Shown: positions 46,651 through 56,358, numbered from the stretch's first letter. The stretch: 64,000 nucleotides of DNA from an uncultured Gemmatimonadales bacterium (GCA_963730185.1 CAVSQW010000007.1:288001-352000), one strand, 5' to 3'. Translations and numbers: made by a program. Notes: generated by a model not told the origin, from the sequence alone.

Positions 46651-47430
46651 ATGTCGCCGTGCCGCCGCCCCCCCGACAGTCTGCCCCGGTCGCCCTCGCC
46701 GCGCCGGCCGCCCCTCGTCGTCCTCCTCCTCCTGCTTTCGGCCTGCGGGGGGACGGCGGCCATCCCGCCGGCGGCCGCGCCCCGTCCCGCGGCCAGGCTC
46801 TCGCCCGCGCTCCACTGGGTCCGGAACTCGGCCGAGTACCGGGCGATCACCCTCGAGGTCTACCGCCTGGCCGCGAGCCGGCTGGAGCTGGCGGTGAGCG
46901 GGCTCGCGACCGGCACCTGGGGGGTGATCATGGATGCCGACGAGACCATGCTCGACAACAGCGAGTACCAACGACGGCTCGACGTGTCGGGCGGGCGGTT
47001 CAGCGAGACGACCTGGGCGGCGTGGGTCCGGGAACGGGCGGCCACCCTGGTGCCCGGCGCGCTCGAGTTCACCCAGCGGGTGCACCAGCTGGGCGGCCGG
47101 CTGGCCGTGGTCACCAACCGGGCCGACTCGCTCTGCGCCCCGACCCGCGAGAACCTGGCGGCCGTCGGGGTCCAGGCCGACGTGGTGCTCTGCCAACCCG
47201 AAGGCCAGAGCGACAAGAATCCGCGGTTCGAGCGGGTCCAGAACGGCACCGCCGCGCCCGGGCTCCCGGCGCTCACCATCGTCGAATGGCTGGGCGACAA
47301 CATCCAGGACTTCCCGAGCCTCACCCAGGCCGTCCGCGACGACCCGGCTGCGCTCTCGTCCTTCGGGGTCCGGTTCTTCGCGCTTCCCAACCCGGTTTAT
47401 GGTTCCTGGCAGCGGAACCCGGAGCATTAG
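46651..47430 (+). CDS. Class C acid phosphatase / 5'-nucleotidase lipoprotein, e(P4) family
   Basis: Lipobox LLSAC, SAEYRA, DADETMLDNS, GDNIQDF, LPNPVYGSW. Confidence 0.9.
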   Translation: MSPCRRPPDSLPRSPSPRRPPLVVLLLLLSACGGTAAIPPAAAPRPAARLSPALHWVRNSAEYRAITLEVYRLAASRLELAVSGLATGTWGVIMDADETMLDNSEYQRRLDVSGGRFSETTWAAWVRERAATLVPGALEFTQRVHQLGGRLAVVTNRADSLCAPTRENLAAVGVQADVVLCQPEGQSDKNPRFERVQNGTAAPGLPALTIVEWLGDNIQDFPSLTQAVRDDPAALSSFGVRFFALPNPVYGSWQRNPEH

Positions 47431-47451
47431 GCGCCTGCCGGCCCGGCCCGG

Positions 47452-48858
47452 CTAGGGGAAGATCCCCAGCTCCTCGTACGCCCGGGCTACCTTGTCGATC
47501 GCGCTGATGAACGCCGCGGTCCGGAGATCGACCGGATCCGGCTGCGCCTGCTGGATGGTCCGGATCTCGTGGAACGCCGTGACCATCGACTCCTCGAGCC
47601 CCGAGTTGACCAGGTCTTCCTCGTCCGGTCCGTCCGTGTAGCGGTGCCGCTCCTCGTCGGTGAAGCGTACCGTCGTCGCTTGCTCGATCGCGCCCAGCAG
47701 CCGTCGAAAGGCGCCCTCCTCGTACCGCTTCTGCATCCGCCCGAAGCGGACGTGGGAGAGGTTCTTGAGCCACTCGAAGTAGGAGACGATCACACCCCCG
47801 GCGTTGAGCCAGACGTCGGGGAGGATCAGGACCCCCCGGGCGATCAGCAGGGCCTCCGCCTCCGGAGTGGTGGGCCCGTTCGCCGCCTCGGCCAGGATCT
47901 TGGCCTTGATCCGCGGCGCGTTGTCCGCGGTGATCTGGTGCTCGAGCGCCGCGGGCACCAGGAGGTCGCAATCGAGCTCGAGCGCGTCGGCGGACCGGGG
48001 AAGATCGGTCGCCCCGGGGAAGCCCAGCAGCGATCCGGTGGCCTGCCGGTGGGCGACGACCCGTTCCAGGTCGAGCCCCTTCGGATTGGCGATCGCCCCC
48101 TCGACCTCGGCCAGCCCGACGATCCGGGCCCCGGCCTCGGTCAGGAACTTGGCGGCGTGGTAGCCCACGTTCCCGAGTCCCTGAACCACCGCCCGCTTCC
48201 CGTCCACCCCGCGGCTCAGGCCCAACCGCTTCATGTCCTCCGCCACGTCGCACGCCTCACGGATCCCGAAGCACACCCCGCGGCCGGTGGCCTCGGTTCG
48301 GCCCATGATCCCGCCCTGCGAGATCGGCTTGGCCGTCACGCAGGCCATCGCGTCGAGCTCGCCCCCGGTCAGACTGGCGTAGGTGTCGGCCACCCACGCC
48401 ATTTCCCGTGACCCGGTCCCGAAGTCGGGCGCGGGCACGTCGACACCCGGACCGATGAACCGCTTCCGGACCAGCTCGTAGGTATAGCGGCGGGTGATCC
48501 GCTCCAGCTCCCGGTCGGAGTAGGCCCGCCGGTCGATTCGGACCCCGCCCTTCGCACCGCCGAAGGGCACGTTGACGATGGCGCACTTGTAGGTCATCAG
48601 CGCGGCCAGGGCCATCACCTCGTCGTCGCTCATCGCCAGGCTGTAACGGATCCCGCCCTTGGTGGGCAGCCGATGCTGGCTGTGCTCGGCCCGCCAGGCG
48701 TGGATCACCTCGATGCTGCCGTCGTCGCGGGCCAGCGGGAAGCTGACGTAGTAGACGCTGTTGCAGGTCCGGATCTGCTTGAGCAGCGTGGGGTCGCGGC
48801 GGGTAAGGCGGGCGGCGCGATCGAAGTAGGTGTTGACTTGTTCGGAGAACGTCGTCAT
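47452..48858 (-). CDS. gdhA: Glutamate dehydrogenase (Glu/Leu/Phe/Val family)
   Basis: [54 protein letters not shown]. Confidence 0.92.
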   Translation of the reverse strand: MTTFSEQVNTYFDRAARLTRRDPTLLKQIRTCNSVYYVSFPLARDDGSIEVIHAWRAEHSQHRLPTKGGIRYSLAMSDDEVMALAALMTYKCAIVNVPFGGAKGGVRIDRRAYSDRELERITRRYTYELVRKRFIGPGVDVPAPDFGTGSREMAWVADTYASLTGGELDAMACVTAKPISQGGIMGRTEATGRGVCFGIREACDVAEDMKRLGLSRGVDGKRAVVQGLGNVGYHAAKFLTEAGARIVGLAEVEGAIANPKGLDLERVVAHRQATGSLLGFPGATDLPRSADALELDCDLLVPAALEHQITADNAPRIKAKILAEAANGPTTPEAEALLIARGVLILPDVWLNAGGVIVSYFEWLKNLSHVRFGRMQKRYEEGAFRRLLGAIEQATTVRFTDEERHRYTDGPDEEDLVNSGLEESMVTAFHEIRTIQQAQPDPVDLRTAAFISAIDKVARAYEELGIFP

Positions 48859-48910
48859 GGGTGGCTCGTCCGAGGCGGTTCCCTGAAGGTAGCCCGGCGC
48901 CGCGCCGTTC

Positions 48911-49744
48911 TCACTGGTGAGAGTGCGATTGGTCCGGGAAGGTCCCGTCCCGGACTTCGTCGCCGAACCGCCCCACCGCGTCGCGCACCTGGGCCCCCAG
49001 CTCGGCGTACCGCTTGAGGAACTTGGGGCTGAAACCCTCGTTCAGCCCCAGCATGTCGTGGAGCACCAGCACCTGGCCGTCGCAGCCGGGCCCGGCCCCG
49101 ATCCCGATGGTGGGGACCGTCAGCGCCTTCGACACCCGCTCGGCCACCGCCGCCGGCACCAACTCGAGCACCAGGGCAAACACTCCGGCCGCCTCCAGCG
49201 CGAGCGCGTCCTCGATCATCCGCCCGGCGCCGGCGTCGTCGCGGCCTTGCACCCGATGTCCGCCTAACGCGTGGACGGACTGAGGCGTGAACCCCAGATG
49301 GCCCATCACCGGAATCCCGGCCTCGACCAGGGCCCGGATCGTGTCGACCCAGGCCCGGCCGCCCTCGAGCTTCACCGCGCCGCACCCGGTTCGCTTGAGC
49401 ACCCGGCCCGCGTTCCGCACCGCGTCGGGGATGGAGACCTGGTAGCTGAGGAAGGGCAGGTCGACCACCACCAGGGCGGAGCTCACCCCGCGCTTCACGC
49501 TCCGCCCGTGGTAGATCATCTGCCCCACGGTGGCGGGAATGGTCGTCGCTTCGCCCGCCAGCACCGGCGCCACCGAATCGCCCACCAGAATCACGTCGAC
49601 GCCGGCCTGGTCGACCAGTGCGCCGAACAGGGCGTCGTAGGCGGTCATCATCACGACCTTCCGACCGTCCCGCTTCATCGCGGCCAGGTCGAGCGTGGAG
49701 ACCCGCTTCCGCCCCTTGCCCTCTTTTTCGCCGAGATACGCCAT
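48911..49744 (-). CDS. panB: 3-methyl-2-oxobutanoate hydroxymethyltransferase
   Basis: [45 protein letters not shown]. Confidence 0.96.
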   Translation of the reverse strand: MAYLGEKEGKGRKRVSTLDLAAMKRDGRKVVMMTAYDALFGALVDQAGVDVILVGDSVAPVLAGEATTIPATVGQMIYHGRSVKRGVSSALVVVDLPFLSYQVSIPDAVRNAGRVLKRTGCGAVKLEGGRAWVDTIRALVEAGIPVMGHLGFTPQSVHALGGHRVQGRDDAGAGRMIEDALALEAAGVFALVLELVPAAVAERVSKALTVPTIGIGAGPGCDGQVLVLHDMLGLNEGFSPKFLKRYAELGAQVRDAVGRFGDEVRDGTFPDQSHSHQ

Positions 49745-49778
49745 GCCCCCTCCGTTGCCGTCACCCGAGTCCCTGGTG

Positions 49779-49830
49779 TCCCCCCCCGTCTCCCCCCCGT
49801 CCCCTCCCCGTCCCTCCCCGTCCCTCCCTC
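49779..49830 (-). repeat. G-rich low-complexity tandem repeat (GGGGAGGGAC-like units)
   Basis: Plus strand CCCCCCCCGTCTCCCCCCCGTCCCCTCCCCGTCCCTCCCCGTCCCTCCCTC. Confidence 0.7.
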
Positions 49831-50053
49831 ACGGAAACAACCGCTCTCCCGTCTCCTCCACCTCCACCCCGATCGCGGCCACCGGGCAGTTCCGCGCCGC
49901 GTCCAGGATCGTGGCCTCGGGCGCGCCGTCGGGATGCCGGGCCTCGGACTGGCGGTTGGCGTTGTGCTCGAACACCGCCGGCGCGATGGTGAGGCAGGTG
50001 CCGTTGCCGACGCAGAGATCATGGTCCACCATCACGCGAAGTCGTCTCGCCAT
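49829..50053 (-). CDS. Ferredoxin, [3Fe-4S]-type, P450-associated
   Basis: VDHDLCVGNGTC...AP.VF...AARNCPVAAI; RBS AAGGAGG. Confidence 0.9.
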   Translation of the reverse strand: MARRLRVMVDHDLCVGNGTCLTIAPAVFEHNANRQSEARHPDGAPEATILDAARNCPVAAIGVEVEETGERLFP

Positions 50054-50076
50054 CTGAGCCTCCTTGCCGCTCGCGC

Positions 50077-51297
50077 TTACCAGGCTACCGGCAGCGAGCG
50101 GAGCGATCGGAACTGAATGCTGGGCTGGTACTCCAGCGGTTGGTCGGCGGCGAGCGCCAGGTCGGGGAATCGCTCGGCCAGCGCCCGGAACACTTCCTGA
50201 CCCTCGATCCGGGCCAGCGTGGCGCCAAGGCAGTAGTGGATGCCGGCGCCGAAGGAGACGTGCGGGTTGGGCTGCCGGCCGATGTCGAATCGATCGGGAT
50301 CCTCGAACGCCCGCGGGTCGCGATTGGCGGCCGCCATGATCCAGCGGATCCGGTCGCCCTGCTTGATCAGCTTGCCGCCCAGCTCCGTGTCCTCGGCCGC
50401 GATCCGCTGGGTCGACTTGACCGGCGGATCGTAGCGGAGGCACTCCTCGGTCGCCAGCCGAACCCGGCCCGCTGGATCGGCCACCAGCCGGGCCCACTGC
50501 TCGGGATGGCGAAGGAACGCCAGGGTGCCGTTGCAGATCAGGTTCATCGTCGTCTCGTGCCCGGCGAAGAGCAGCAGCGCCGTGTTGACCAGAACCTGGT
50601 GCCGGTCGAACACACCTCGCTTTTCGCCCTGGGCCAGCACCGAGATGAAGTCGTTGCCGGGCCGGTCGATCCGCTCCTCCACCAGGGGCGAGACGTAGGC
50701 GATCATGCCCCGGATGCCTTCCATCAGGGTCGTCATCCGGTCCGGCTCGCCGCGGTTGATGTAGAGGAGTTTGTCGGCGAGGTCGCGGAGCAGGTCGTGG
50801 TCCTCGATCGGGACGCCCATCATGCGGGTAATGATCCGGACCGGAAGCGGCGCGGCCAGGTCGGTCAGCACGTCCATCCGCCGCCGGTCGGCGATCTCGT
50901 CCAGCAGTCCCGCCACGGCCTCGCGGACGAAGGGCCGCCAGGTCTCCATGGCCGTCGGGGTAAAGTACCCGTGGACCACGCCGCGCATCGCCAGGTGCTC
51001 GGGTCGATCTTGCTCGACCAGCTGGTCGGCCCGGAAGTGGCGCACGTCATCGAAGAGCGGCCGATCCCCCGGGTCGATCGGCGGGTAGGGTGGCCGCTGA
51101 TCGGTCCGGATCACCGCCGACGAGAAGGCCTCGTGGTTCCGGACCATCGCGACCAGGTCGTCGTACCGGGTGATGATCCAGAGTTGATACGCGTCGTTCC
51201 AGTGGACCGGGTCGGTCTCGCGGAGGTGCCCGAAGAAGGGATACGGGTCCGCGATGACCGAGGGTGCGAAGAGATCGTCCAAGTCCAGAGCCGCCAT
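50077..51297 (-). CDS. Cytochrome P450
   Basis: AGHETT I-helix, EECLRYDPP (ExxR), AANRDP, FGAGIHYCLG heme ligand. Confidence 0.96.
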   Translation of the reverse strand: MAALDLDDLFAPSVIADPYPFFGHLRETDPVHWNDAYQLWIITRYDDLVAMVRNHEAFSSAVIRTDQRPPYPPIDPGDRPLFDDVRHFRADQLVEQDRPEHLAMRGVVHGYFTPTAMETWRPFVREAVAGLLDEIADRRRMDVLTDLAAPLPVRIITRMMGVPIEDHDLLRDLADKLLYINRGEPDRMTTLMEGIRGMIAYVSPLVEERIDRPGNDFISVLAQGEKRGVFDRHQVLVNTALLLFAGHETTMNLICNGTLAFLRHPEQWARLVADPAGRVRLATEECLRYDPPVKSTQRIAAEDTELGGKLIKQGDRIRWIMAAANRDPRAFEDPDRFDIGRQPNPHVSFGAGIHYCLGATLARIEGQEVFRALAERFPDLALAADQPLEYQPSIQFRSLRSLPVAW

Positions 51298-51308
51298 GGC
51301 TTCCTCCT

Positions 51309-51923
51309 TCAGGAGGCGGGACGGGAGCGACGGCCGTTGCGCGCCGCCCGCGGTGCGAGCACGAAGGTCAGGGTACAGAGCTCGCCCCGGTCGGGCTGTC
51401 GGGAGCGGCCCATCCGGTCGAGCAATTCGCTCAGCAGCTGGTTGACCCGCCGGAGATCGGCCGGGGTGAGCCAGGCGTGACGCCGGGTGGCCCAGAGCGT
51501 CCGCGCCGGCCCGTCCACCACCGCCCGGTGCCCCTCGAGCCCGCGCTGGAAATCCCGCTCGGCGGTCCGGAGCATCGCCGCGACCAGGCGGACGGTCGGA
51601 TCGGTCCGGGCATCCCGGCCGCGGGGATAGTCGAGCTGGAGCGGGTACCCCACCAGGTCGTACACAACCTCGGTTCGCCGCCCCCGCCGCCGCTCGCCCT
51701 GCGGGACCACCAGCCCCACCTTCACCAGTCGGCGAAGGTGGTAGTAGAGGGCGTCGGCCGGCCGGCCCATCAGCCGCGCCAGCTCGGTCACCGACTGAGG
51801 GCCCGCGGCCCCGAGGGTGTCGATGACCTCCTGGCGCACGGCCGAAACCAGGGCCTCGACCTGGTCGCGGCGCCGGATGGCGTAGGGGCGGCGGGCCCGG
51901 GCCCGGGGTGACTTGCTTGACAC
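51309..51923 (-). CDS. ArsR-like winged-helix transcriptional regulator
   Basis: AL.S.VRQE..D.L...GP.SVTELA..MGRP..ALYYHLRRL..VGLV; GTG start at 51923 assumed. Confidence 0.8.
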   Translation of the reverse strand: MSSKSPRARARRPYAIRRRDQVEALVSAVRQEVIDTLGAAGPQSVTELARLMGRPADALYYHLRRLVKVGLVVPQGERRRGRRTEVVYDLVGYPLQLDYPRGRDARTDPTVRLVAAMLRTAERDFQRGLEGHRAVVDGPARTLWATRRHAWLTPADLRRVNQLLSELLDRMGRSRQPDRGELCTLTFVLAPRAARNGRRSRPAS

Positions 51924-51961
51924 TGTTGAAATATCGCGCAAATCTTCAGCACTGCAAGCAA
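51913..51961. promoter_or_regulatory. Inverted-repeat operator in the divergent promoter
   Basis: TTGCTTGACACTGTTGAA-N14-TTCAGCACTGCAAGCAA; contains TTGACA. Confidence 0.65.
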
Positions 51962-51972
51962 GGATGATTCCC

Positions 51973-53019
51973 ATGGGTTTCGACGAGCTGATCCGCGCCT
52001 GGTCGGGCGACGAGGTGGTGGTCCGCTATGACCGCGAGGCCGACGCCTGGATGTTCATCGCGCTCCACTCCACCCGGGGCCGGCGCTCCGTGGGCGGGGT
52101 GCGGATGAAGACCTACCCCCGGCCCGAGGACGGACTGCAGGACGCGCTCCGGCTCGCGGAGGGAATGACCTTCAAGTGGGCGGCGATCGAGGTGGACTAC
52201 GGCGGCGGGAAGGCGGTCATCGCCCTCGCCAAGCCGGTCCAGGGCGAGGCGCGCACGGCGCTGATGCGGCGCTTCGGCCGGTTCATGGACTCGGTCAACG
52301 GCCGCTACGGCGCCGGCCCCGACATCGGGACCACGCCCGACGATCTCGCCCTCCTCGCCACCGTCACCCGCTACGTCCACTGCTACGACTGGAAGAAGGG
52401 CGCTCCCTACGATCCGGGGCCGTATACCGCGCTCGGGGCGTTCGTCGGCCTCCAGGCCGGCTGGCGGCACCTGACCGGATCGGACCGACTCGACGGGGTC
52501 CGGGTGCTGGTCCAGGGGGTGGGCGACACCGGCGCGCCGCTGGCCCGGATGCTGACCAAAGCCGGGGCGACGGTGCTGCTCAACGATCTCAATCAGGAGC
52601 GGGTCGGGGTGCTGGCTCGGGAGCTGGGCGCCGAGGTGGTCTCCATGGAGCGGGTGTACGACACCCCCTGCGACGTCTACGCCCCCTGCTCGGTCGGCGC
52701 CACGGTCAACGAGCGGACCATCCCCTCGCTCAGCTGTCGGCTGATCGCCGGGTCGGCCAACAACCAGCTCGCGGTGCCGGAGGACGGCGAGCGGCTTCAC
52801 GCCCGCGGGATCCTCTACGCCCCCGACTACGTGGTGAACGGCGGCGGCGCCGTCTCGTTGGCTCTGGTGGACGACGGGGTCGACTTCCCCGAGGTCGAGG
52901 CGGCGGTCCGCCAGCTCGATGGGCGGATCACGGCGATCTTCGACGAGGCCAAGGCGCGGAACGAGTCGCCCGTCCACGCGGCCCGGCGCCGGGTGGAGGC
53001 CTGGCTGGCCCGAGCCTGA
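51973..53019 (+). CDS. Leu/Phe/Val dehydrogenase
   Basis: IALHST, GGVRM..Y, D.LRLAEGMTFK, GGGKAVI, TALG, GSANNQL, YAPDYVVNGGG. Confidence 0.9.
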   Translation: MGFDELIRAWSGDEVVVRYDREADAWMFIALHSTRGRRSVGGVRMKTYPRPEDGLQDALRLAEGMTFKWAAIEVDYGGGKAVIALAKPVQGEARTALMRRFGRFMDSVNGRYGAGPDIGTTPDDLALLATVTRYVHCYDWKKGAPYDPGPYTALGAFVGLQAGWRHLTGSDRLDGVRVLVQGVGDTGAPLARMLTKAGATVLLNDLNQERVGVLARELGAEVVSMERVYDTPCDVYAPCSVGATVNERTIPSLSCRLIAGSANNQLAVPEDGERLHARGILYAPDYVVNGGGAVSLALVDDGVDFPEVEAAVRQLDGRITAIFDEAKARNESPVHAARRRVEAWLARA

Positions 53020-53020
53020 A

Positions 53021-53050
53021 GCCCCGGCGCGCGCCAACGGCGCGCCGGGG
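53021..53050. terminator. GC hairpin between convergent genes
   Basis: CCCCGGCGCG...CGCGCCGGGG inverted repeat directly after the stop codon. Confidence 0.5.
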
Positions 53051-53133
53051 GTCGTCGAGAGGGGCGACGGAGCGGCCGCGAGGCCGCCCCGCCGCGGGTC
53101 ATGTCCTGGGGTGGGGCCGCCGGCCCCGAAGGG

Positions 53134-53325
53134 TCAGGGCCGGGACTGCTGGCGGCGGCGACGCCGGCGGGCCTGGGCGGCCTTGAGCTGCTTGGCGGCG
53201 CTGGGCTTGAGGTAGTAGCGCTTCTTCCGGAGCTCCTTGAGGACCCCCGAGCGCTGGACTTTCCGCTTGAACAGCTTGAGGGCCCACTCGAAGCTGTCGT
53301 TCTCGCTTACCGTGACTTCGATCAT
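53134..53325 (-). CDS. rpsU: 30S ribosomal protein S21
   Basis: MIEVTVSENDSFEWALKLFKRKVQRSGVLKELRKKRYYLKPS. Confidence 0.92.
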   Translation of the reverse strand: MIEVTVSENDSFEWALKLFKRKVQRSGVLKELRKKRYYLKPSAAKQLKAAQARRRRRRQQSRP

Positions 53326-53403
53326 CGGGTCTTCCCTCCGGAACGCGAGCGGCCGGCCCGCCCGTGGCAAACCGGCCGTCGCCGTCGCTGAACGGGGGCC
53401 GGG

Positions 53404-53616
53404 TTACTTGCCCAGGCGGACGACGTTTTGCGCCGCCGGGCCCTTCTGTCCCTGCACCACGTCGAACTCCACTCGCTCACCTTCGGCCAGGGTGCGGAAG
53501 CCGCTGCCCTGAATCGCCGAGTGGTGCACGAAACAGTCCTTCTCACCATTCTCGGGGGTGATGAAGCCAAAGCCCTTCGTCTCGTTGAACCACTTGACCG
53601 TGCCGGTCGTACGCAT
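53404..53616 (-). CDS. Cold-shock protein (CspA family)
   Basis: [40 protein letters not shown]. Confidence 0.97.
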   Translation of the reverse strand: MRTTGTVKWFNETKGFGFITPENGEKDCFVHHSAIQGSGFRTLAEGERVEFDVVQGQKGPAAQNVVRLGK

Positions 53617-53845
53617 TGCCTGATCTCCATGCTGCTGTAATCGGAGTCCGGATCAATCCCGCACCTGCCGACGACCGGACTCGTCAACAACCTCACGACG
53701 GGGTCTGGTTTCCCGGACTCGGTCCCGACCGGGATCTCGGGCGATCGGGCGAGCAACGAACAGAGGGGCGGCGGTTTGGCCGACCCCCCCCGAGCGGCTC
53801 CCGGAACCTGTTGGCCGATCACGAAAGGGCCAAAATCGCGCCCCC

Positions 53846-53874
53846 AAAGTAATGCCTGGCCCCGATTTAGGCAA
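53846..53874 (-). promoter_or_regulatory. Putative sigma70 promoter of csp-rpsU, with a ~220-nt 5' UTR
   Basis: Minus strand TTGCCT-N17-TACTTT. Confidence 0.6.
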
Positions 53875-53979
53875 AATCGGCGCGGAGCCCGCCTGTCCTC
53901 AAAAGGGGACAGCCGAAGGACCTCGAAAACCGGCCGCGCCAGCTCCGATATATTTGATCCGAAGGAGGTTGATTTTCGC

Positions 53980-54987
53980 GTGTACTCGACCTGCATCTAC
54001 TGCCACAAGCCGCTGGGCGTCAACCAGGTCGTCGAGGAATTTCCGGTCGGCCGGCGGCTGGCCTTCGACTCGGCCAAGGGCCGGCTCTGGGTGGTCTGCC
54101 GATCGTGCGAGCGGTGGAACCTGAGCCCGCTCGACACCCGCTGGGAGGCCATCGAGGCCTGCGAGCGGCTGTTCGAGGCGACCCGACGCCGGGTCACGAC
54201 CGACAACATCGGTCTGGCCCGGCTTCCCGAGGGGCTGGAGCTGGTCCGGATCGGCCAGCCGCTCCGGCCCGAGTTCGCGGCCTGGCGGTATGGCGACCAG
54301 TTCGGCCGGCGGCGGCGGCGGTCGTATCTGGTGGTGGGTGGGGTGGCCGTTGCGGCCGGGGCGGTCTTGATCGGCGCGTCTGCTGCCGGGATCGGGATCG
54401 GCGGGTTCGGCGGACTCTGGGGCAACATTCCCAACCTCATCAACGCGATGCGGGTGGCCCGGATCCGGACTCCCGACGGCCGGGTGCTCAAGGTGCGGGG
54501 CAACTCCCTGGCCCGGGCTCGGCTCGGCCGCGACGGGACCTTTGGGCAGCCGGCCTTCTCGTTCAAGCACAAGGGAAAGCTCGAGCTCTTCCGGGGCGAG
54601 GACGCGCTCGCCGTGGCTGGCCGGTTGCTGCCGGCGATCAACCCGTCCGGCGGGAGCAAGCGGTCGGTGGCCTACGCGGTGCAGTCGATCGACGCCCGGC
54701 GGGGGGCCGAGGGCTACCTCGAGGACTGGCTCCGGAGCCAGCCGGCGGTCGACCGGGCCAAGGCGGTCGCCCGCCAGTCGATCGTCAGCCGGCTGGCGCT
54801 GGAGATGGCCCTGCACGAGGAAGCCGAGCGGCGGGCCATCGAGGGAGAGCTGACCCAGCTGCTCGCGGCCTGGGAGGACGCGGAGCGGATCGCGAAGATT
54901 TCGGACGACCTCCTGATGCCGCCCGAGGTCGACCAGCGGCTGGCCGAGCTCAAGGGACGCCGGGAAGCGGGCGGGGAGCCGACCTGA
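53980..54987 (+). CDS. Hypothetical membrane protein with N-terminal CxxC...CxxC zinc-ribbon-like motif
   Basis: YSTCIYC...GRRLAFD..KGRLWVVCRSCERWNL; TM segment; helical C-terminus LALEMALHEE.ERRA. Confidence 0.78.
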   Translation: MYSTCIYCHKPLGVNQVVEEFPVGRRLAFDSAKGRLWVVCRSCERWNLSPLDTRWEAIEACERLFEATRRRVTTDNIGLARLPEGLELVRIGQPLRPEFAAWRYGDQFGRRRRRSYLVVGGVAVAAGAVLIGASAAGIGIGGFGGLWGNIPNLINAMRVARIRTPDGRVLKVRGNSLARARLGRDGTFGQPAFSFKHKGKLELFRGEDALAVAGRLLPAINPSGGSKRSVAYAVQSIDARRGAEGYLEDWLRSQPAVDRAKAVARQSIVSRLALEMALHEEAERRAIEGELTQLLAAWEDAERIAKISDDLLMPPEVDQRLAELKGRREAGGEPT

Positions 54988-54999
54988 CCCGGCGCCCGG

Positions 55000-55848
55000 T
55001 CAGTCGCTGGCGCGAGGCACCAGGGCAATGGCCTCGGCCATCTCGGCCGCGTTGGGCCAGCGATCCTCGCACCGCTTGGCGAGGGCCCGGCCGATCGCCG
55101 CCGCCAGCCCGGCGGGAACGTTAGGCGCCTGATCGCGCAAGTTCGGGACCGGCGCGGTCTGATGGAGTTGGAGGATCCGAACCTCGTTGGGATGGTAGTA
55201 CGGCGGTTTGCCCGCCAGGCACTCGTACAGCACGCACCCCACCGAATAGAGATCGGCGCGGGGGTCGGGATCGTCGACCGCCATGATCTGTTCCGGACTC
55301 ATGTAGCGCGAGGTGCCGACGGCCACCCCGCTCCGGGTCAGCCGGTCGGTGCCCGAGAGCGCCACCGCTCGGGCGATTCCGAAGTCCAGCAGATAGGCGC
55401 CGTCCCGTCCGATGATGATGTTGTCGGGCTTGACGTCCCGGTGCACGATCCCGAGCGCGTGGGCGTGGGCCAGGGCGCCGAGCAGGTCGCCGGCGATCCG
55501 GAGCGTGTCGTTGACGGTGAGGTGCCCGTACTGACGGAGCACGCTGTCGAGCGACCGGCCCTCGAGGTAGGGCATCACGTAATAGACCAGCCAGTCCTGC
55601 TCGCCGGCGTCCAGGAGCCGCCCGATCTTGGGGTGGCTCAGCTGCTTGACGATCTCGATCTCTCGGAGGAATCGCTCGGCGGTGACCGTGACCGAGAGCT
55701 CGGGCCTGAGGATCTTCAGGGCCACCACCGAGCCATCCGGCCGGGCCGCTCGGAACACCACCGCCGCGCCGCCCCGGCCGATCTCGCGCTCGACCTCGTA
55801 TCGTCCCGCGAGCGCGGTGCGAACCAGGGGGAGGAGATCGCGGGGCAC
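55000..55848 (-). CDS. Stand-alone Hanks-type Ser/Thr protein kinase
   Basis: IGRGGAAVVF, VALKIL, HRDVKPDN, DFGIA, GT..YMSPEQ. Confidence 0.92.
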   Translation of the reverse strand: MPRDLLPLVRTALAGRYEVEREIGRGGAAVVFRAARPDGSVVALKILRPELSVTVTAERFLREIEIVKQLSHPKIGRLLDAGEQDWLVYYVMPYLEGRSLDSVLRQYGHLTVNDTLRIAGDLLGALAHAHALGIVHRDVKPDNIIIGRDGAYLLDFGIARAVALSGTDRLTRSGVAVGTSRYMSPEQIMAVDDPDPRADLYSVGCVLYECLAGKPPYYHPNEVRILQLHQTAPVPNLRDQAPNVPAGLAAAIGRALAKRCEDRWPNAAEMAEAIALVPRASD

Positions 55849-55860
55849 GAGGGCGACGCT

Positions 55861-56358
55861 CTAGCGGGCTTTCGGCGTCAGGTAGAACGCCAGCCGTCCG
55901 GCGGCGGCGGCGACGACCGGGGCCTCGATCCCCATCACCCCGCTCTTCGGAAAGTCGATCGCCAGGCGGGTCGGCGAGCCGGTCAGGAGCAGCGAGGCCA
56001 GCTCGCTCATCCACGGCTCGTGGCCCACCAGGGCCACCCGCTCGTCGTCGGGACGGGGACCCACCGCTTCGGCCAGGGCGTCGAGCGCGGGGTCCCGAGC
56101 CAGCGGTGGACAGGTGACCCGCCGCTTCTTGGCGACCCCGGTCTCCTCGGCGAGGATCCCTGCCGTCTGCCAGGCGCGCTTCCAGGGGCTCGAGAGGATC
56201 GCGGCCGGCGCCAACCCCAGCTTCTCGAGTCGCCGGCTCATTCGGGCCTGGACCCGACGGCCCTTGGGAAGCAAGGGCCGGAGGCTGTCGTCGGGAAAAC
56301 GGGACTCGTCGCGCTCGGCGGCGAGGGCATGCCGGACCAGCAGAAGCAGCATTCGCAC
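55861..56358 (-). CDS. sixA: Phosphohistidine phosphatase SixA
   Basis: LLLVRHA.A, D..RPL..KG, SSPW.RA.QTA, LVGHEP. Confidence 0.85.
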   Translation of the reverse strand: MRMLLLLVRHALAAERDESRFPDDSLRPLLPKGRRVQARMSRRLEKLGLAPAAILSSPWKRAWQTAGILAEETGVAKKRRVTCPPLARDPALDALAEAVGPRPDDERVALVGHEPWMSELASLLLTGSPTRLAIDFPKSGVMGIEAPVVAAAAGRLAFYLTPKAR

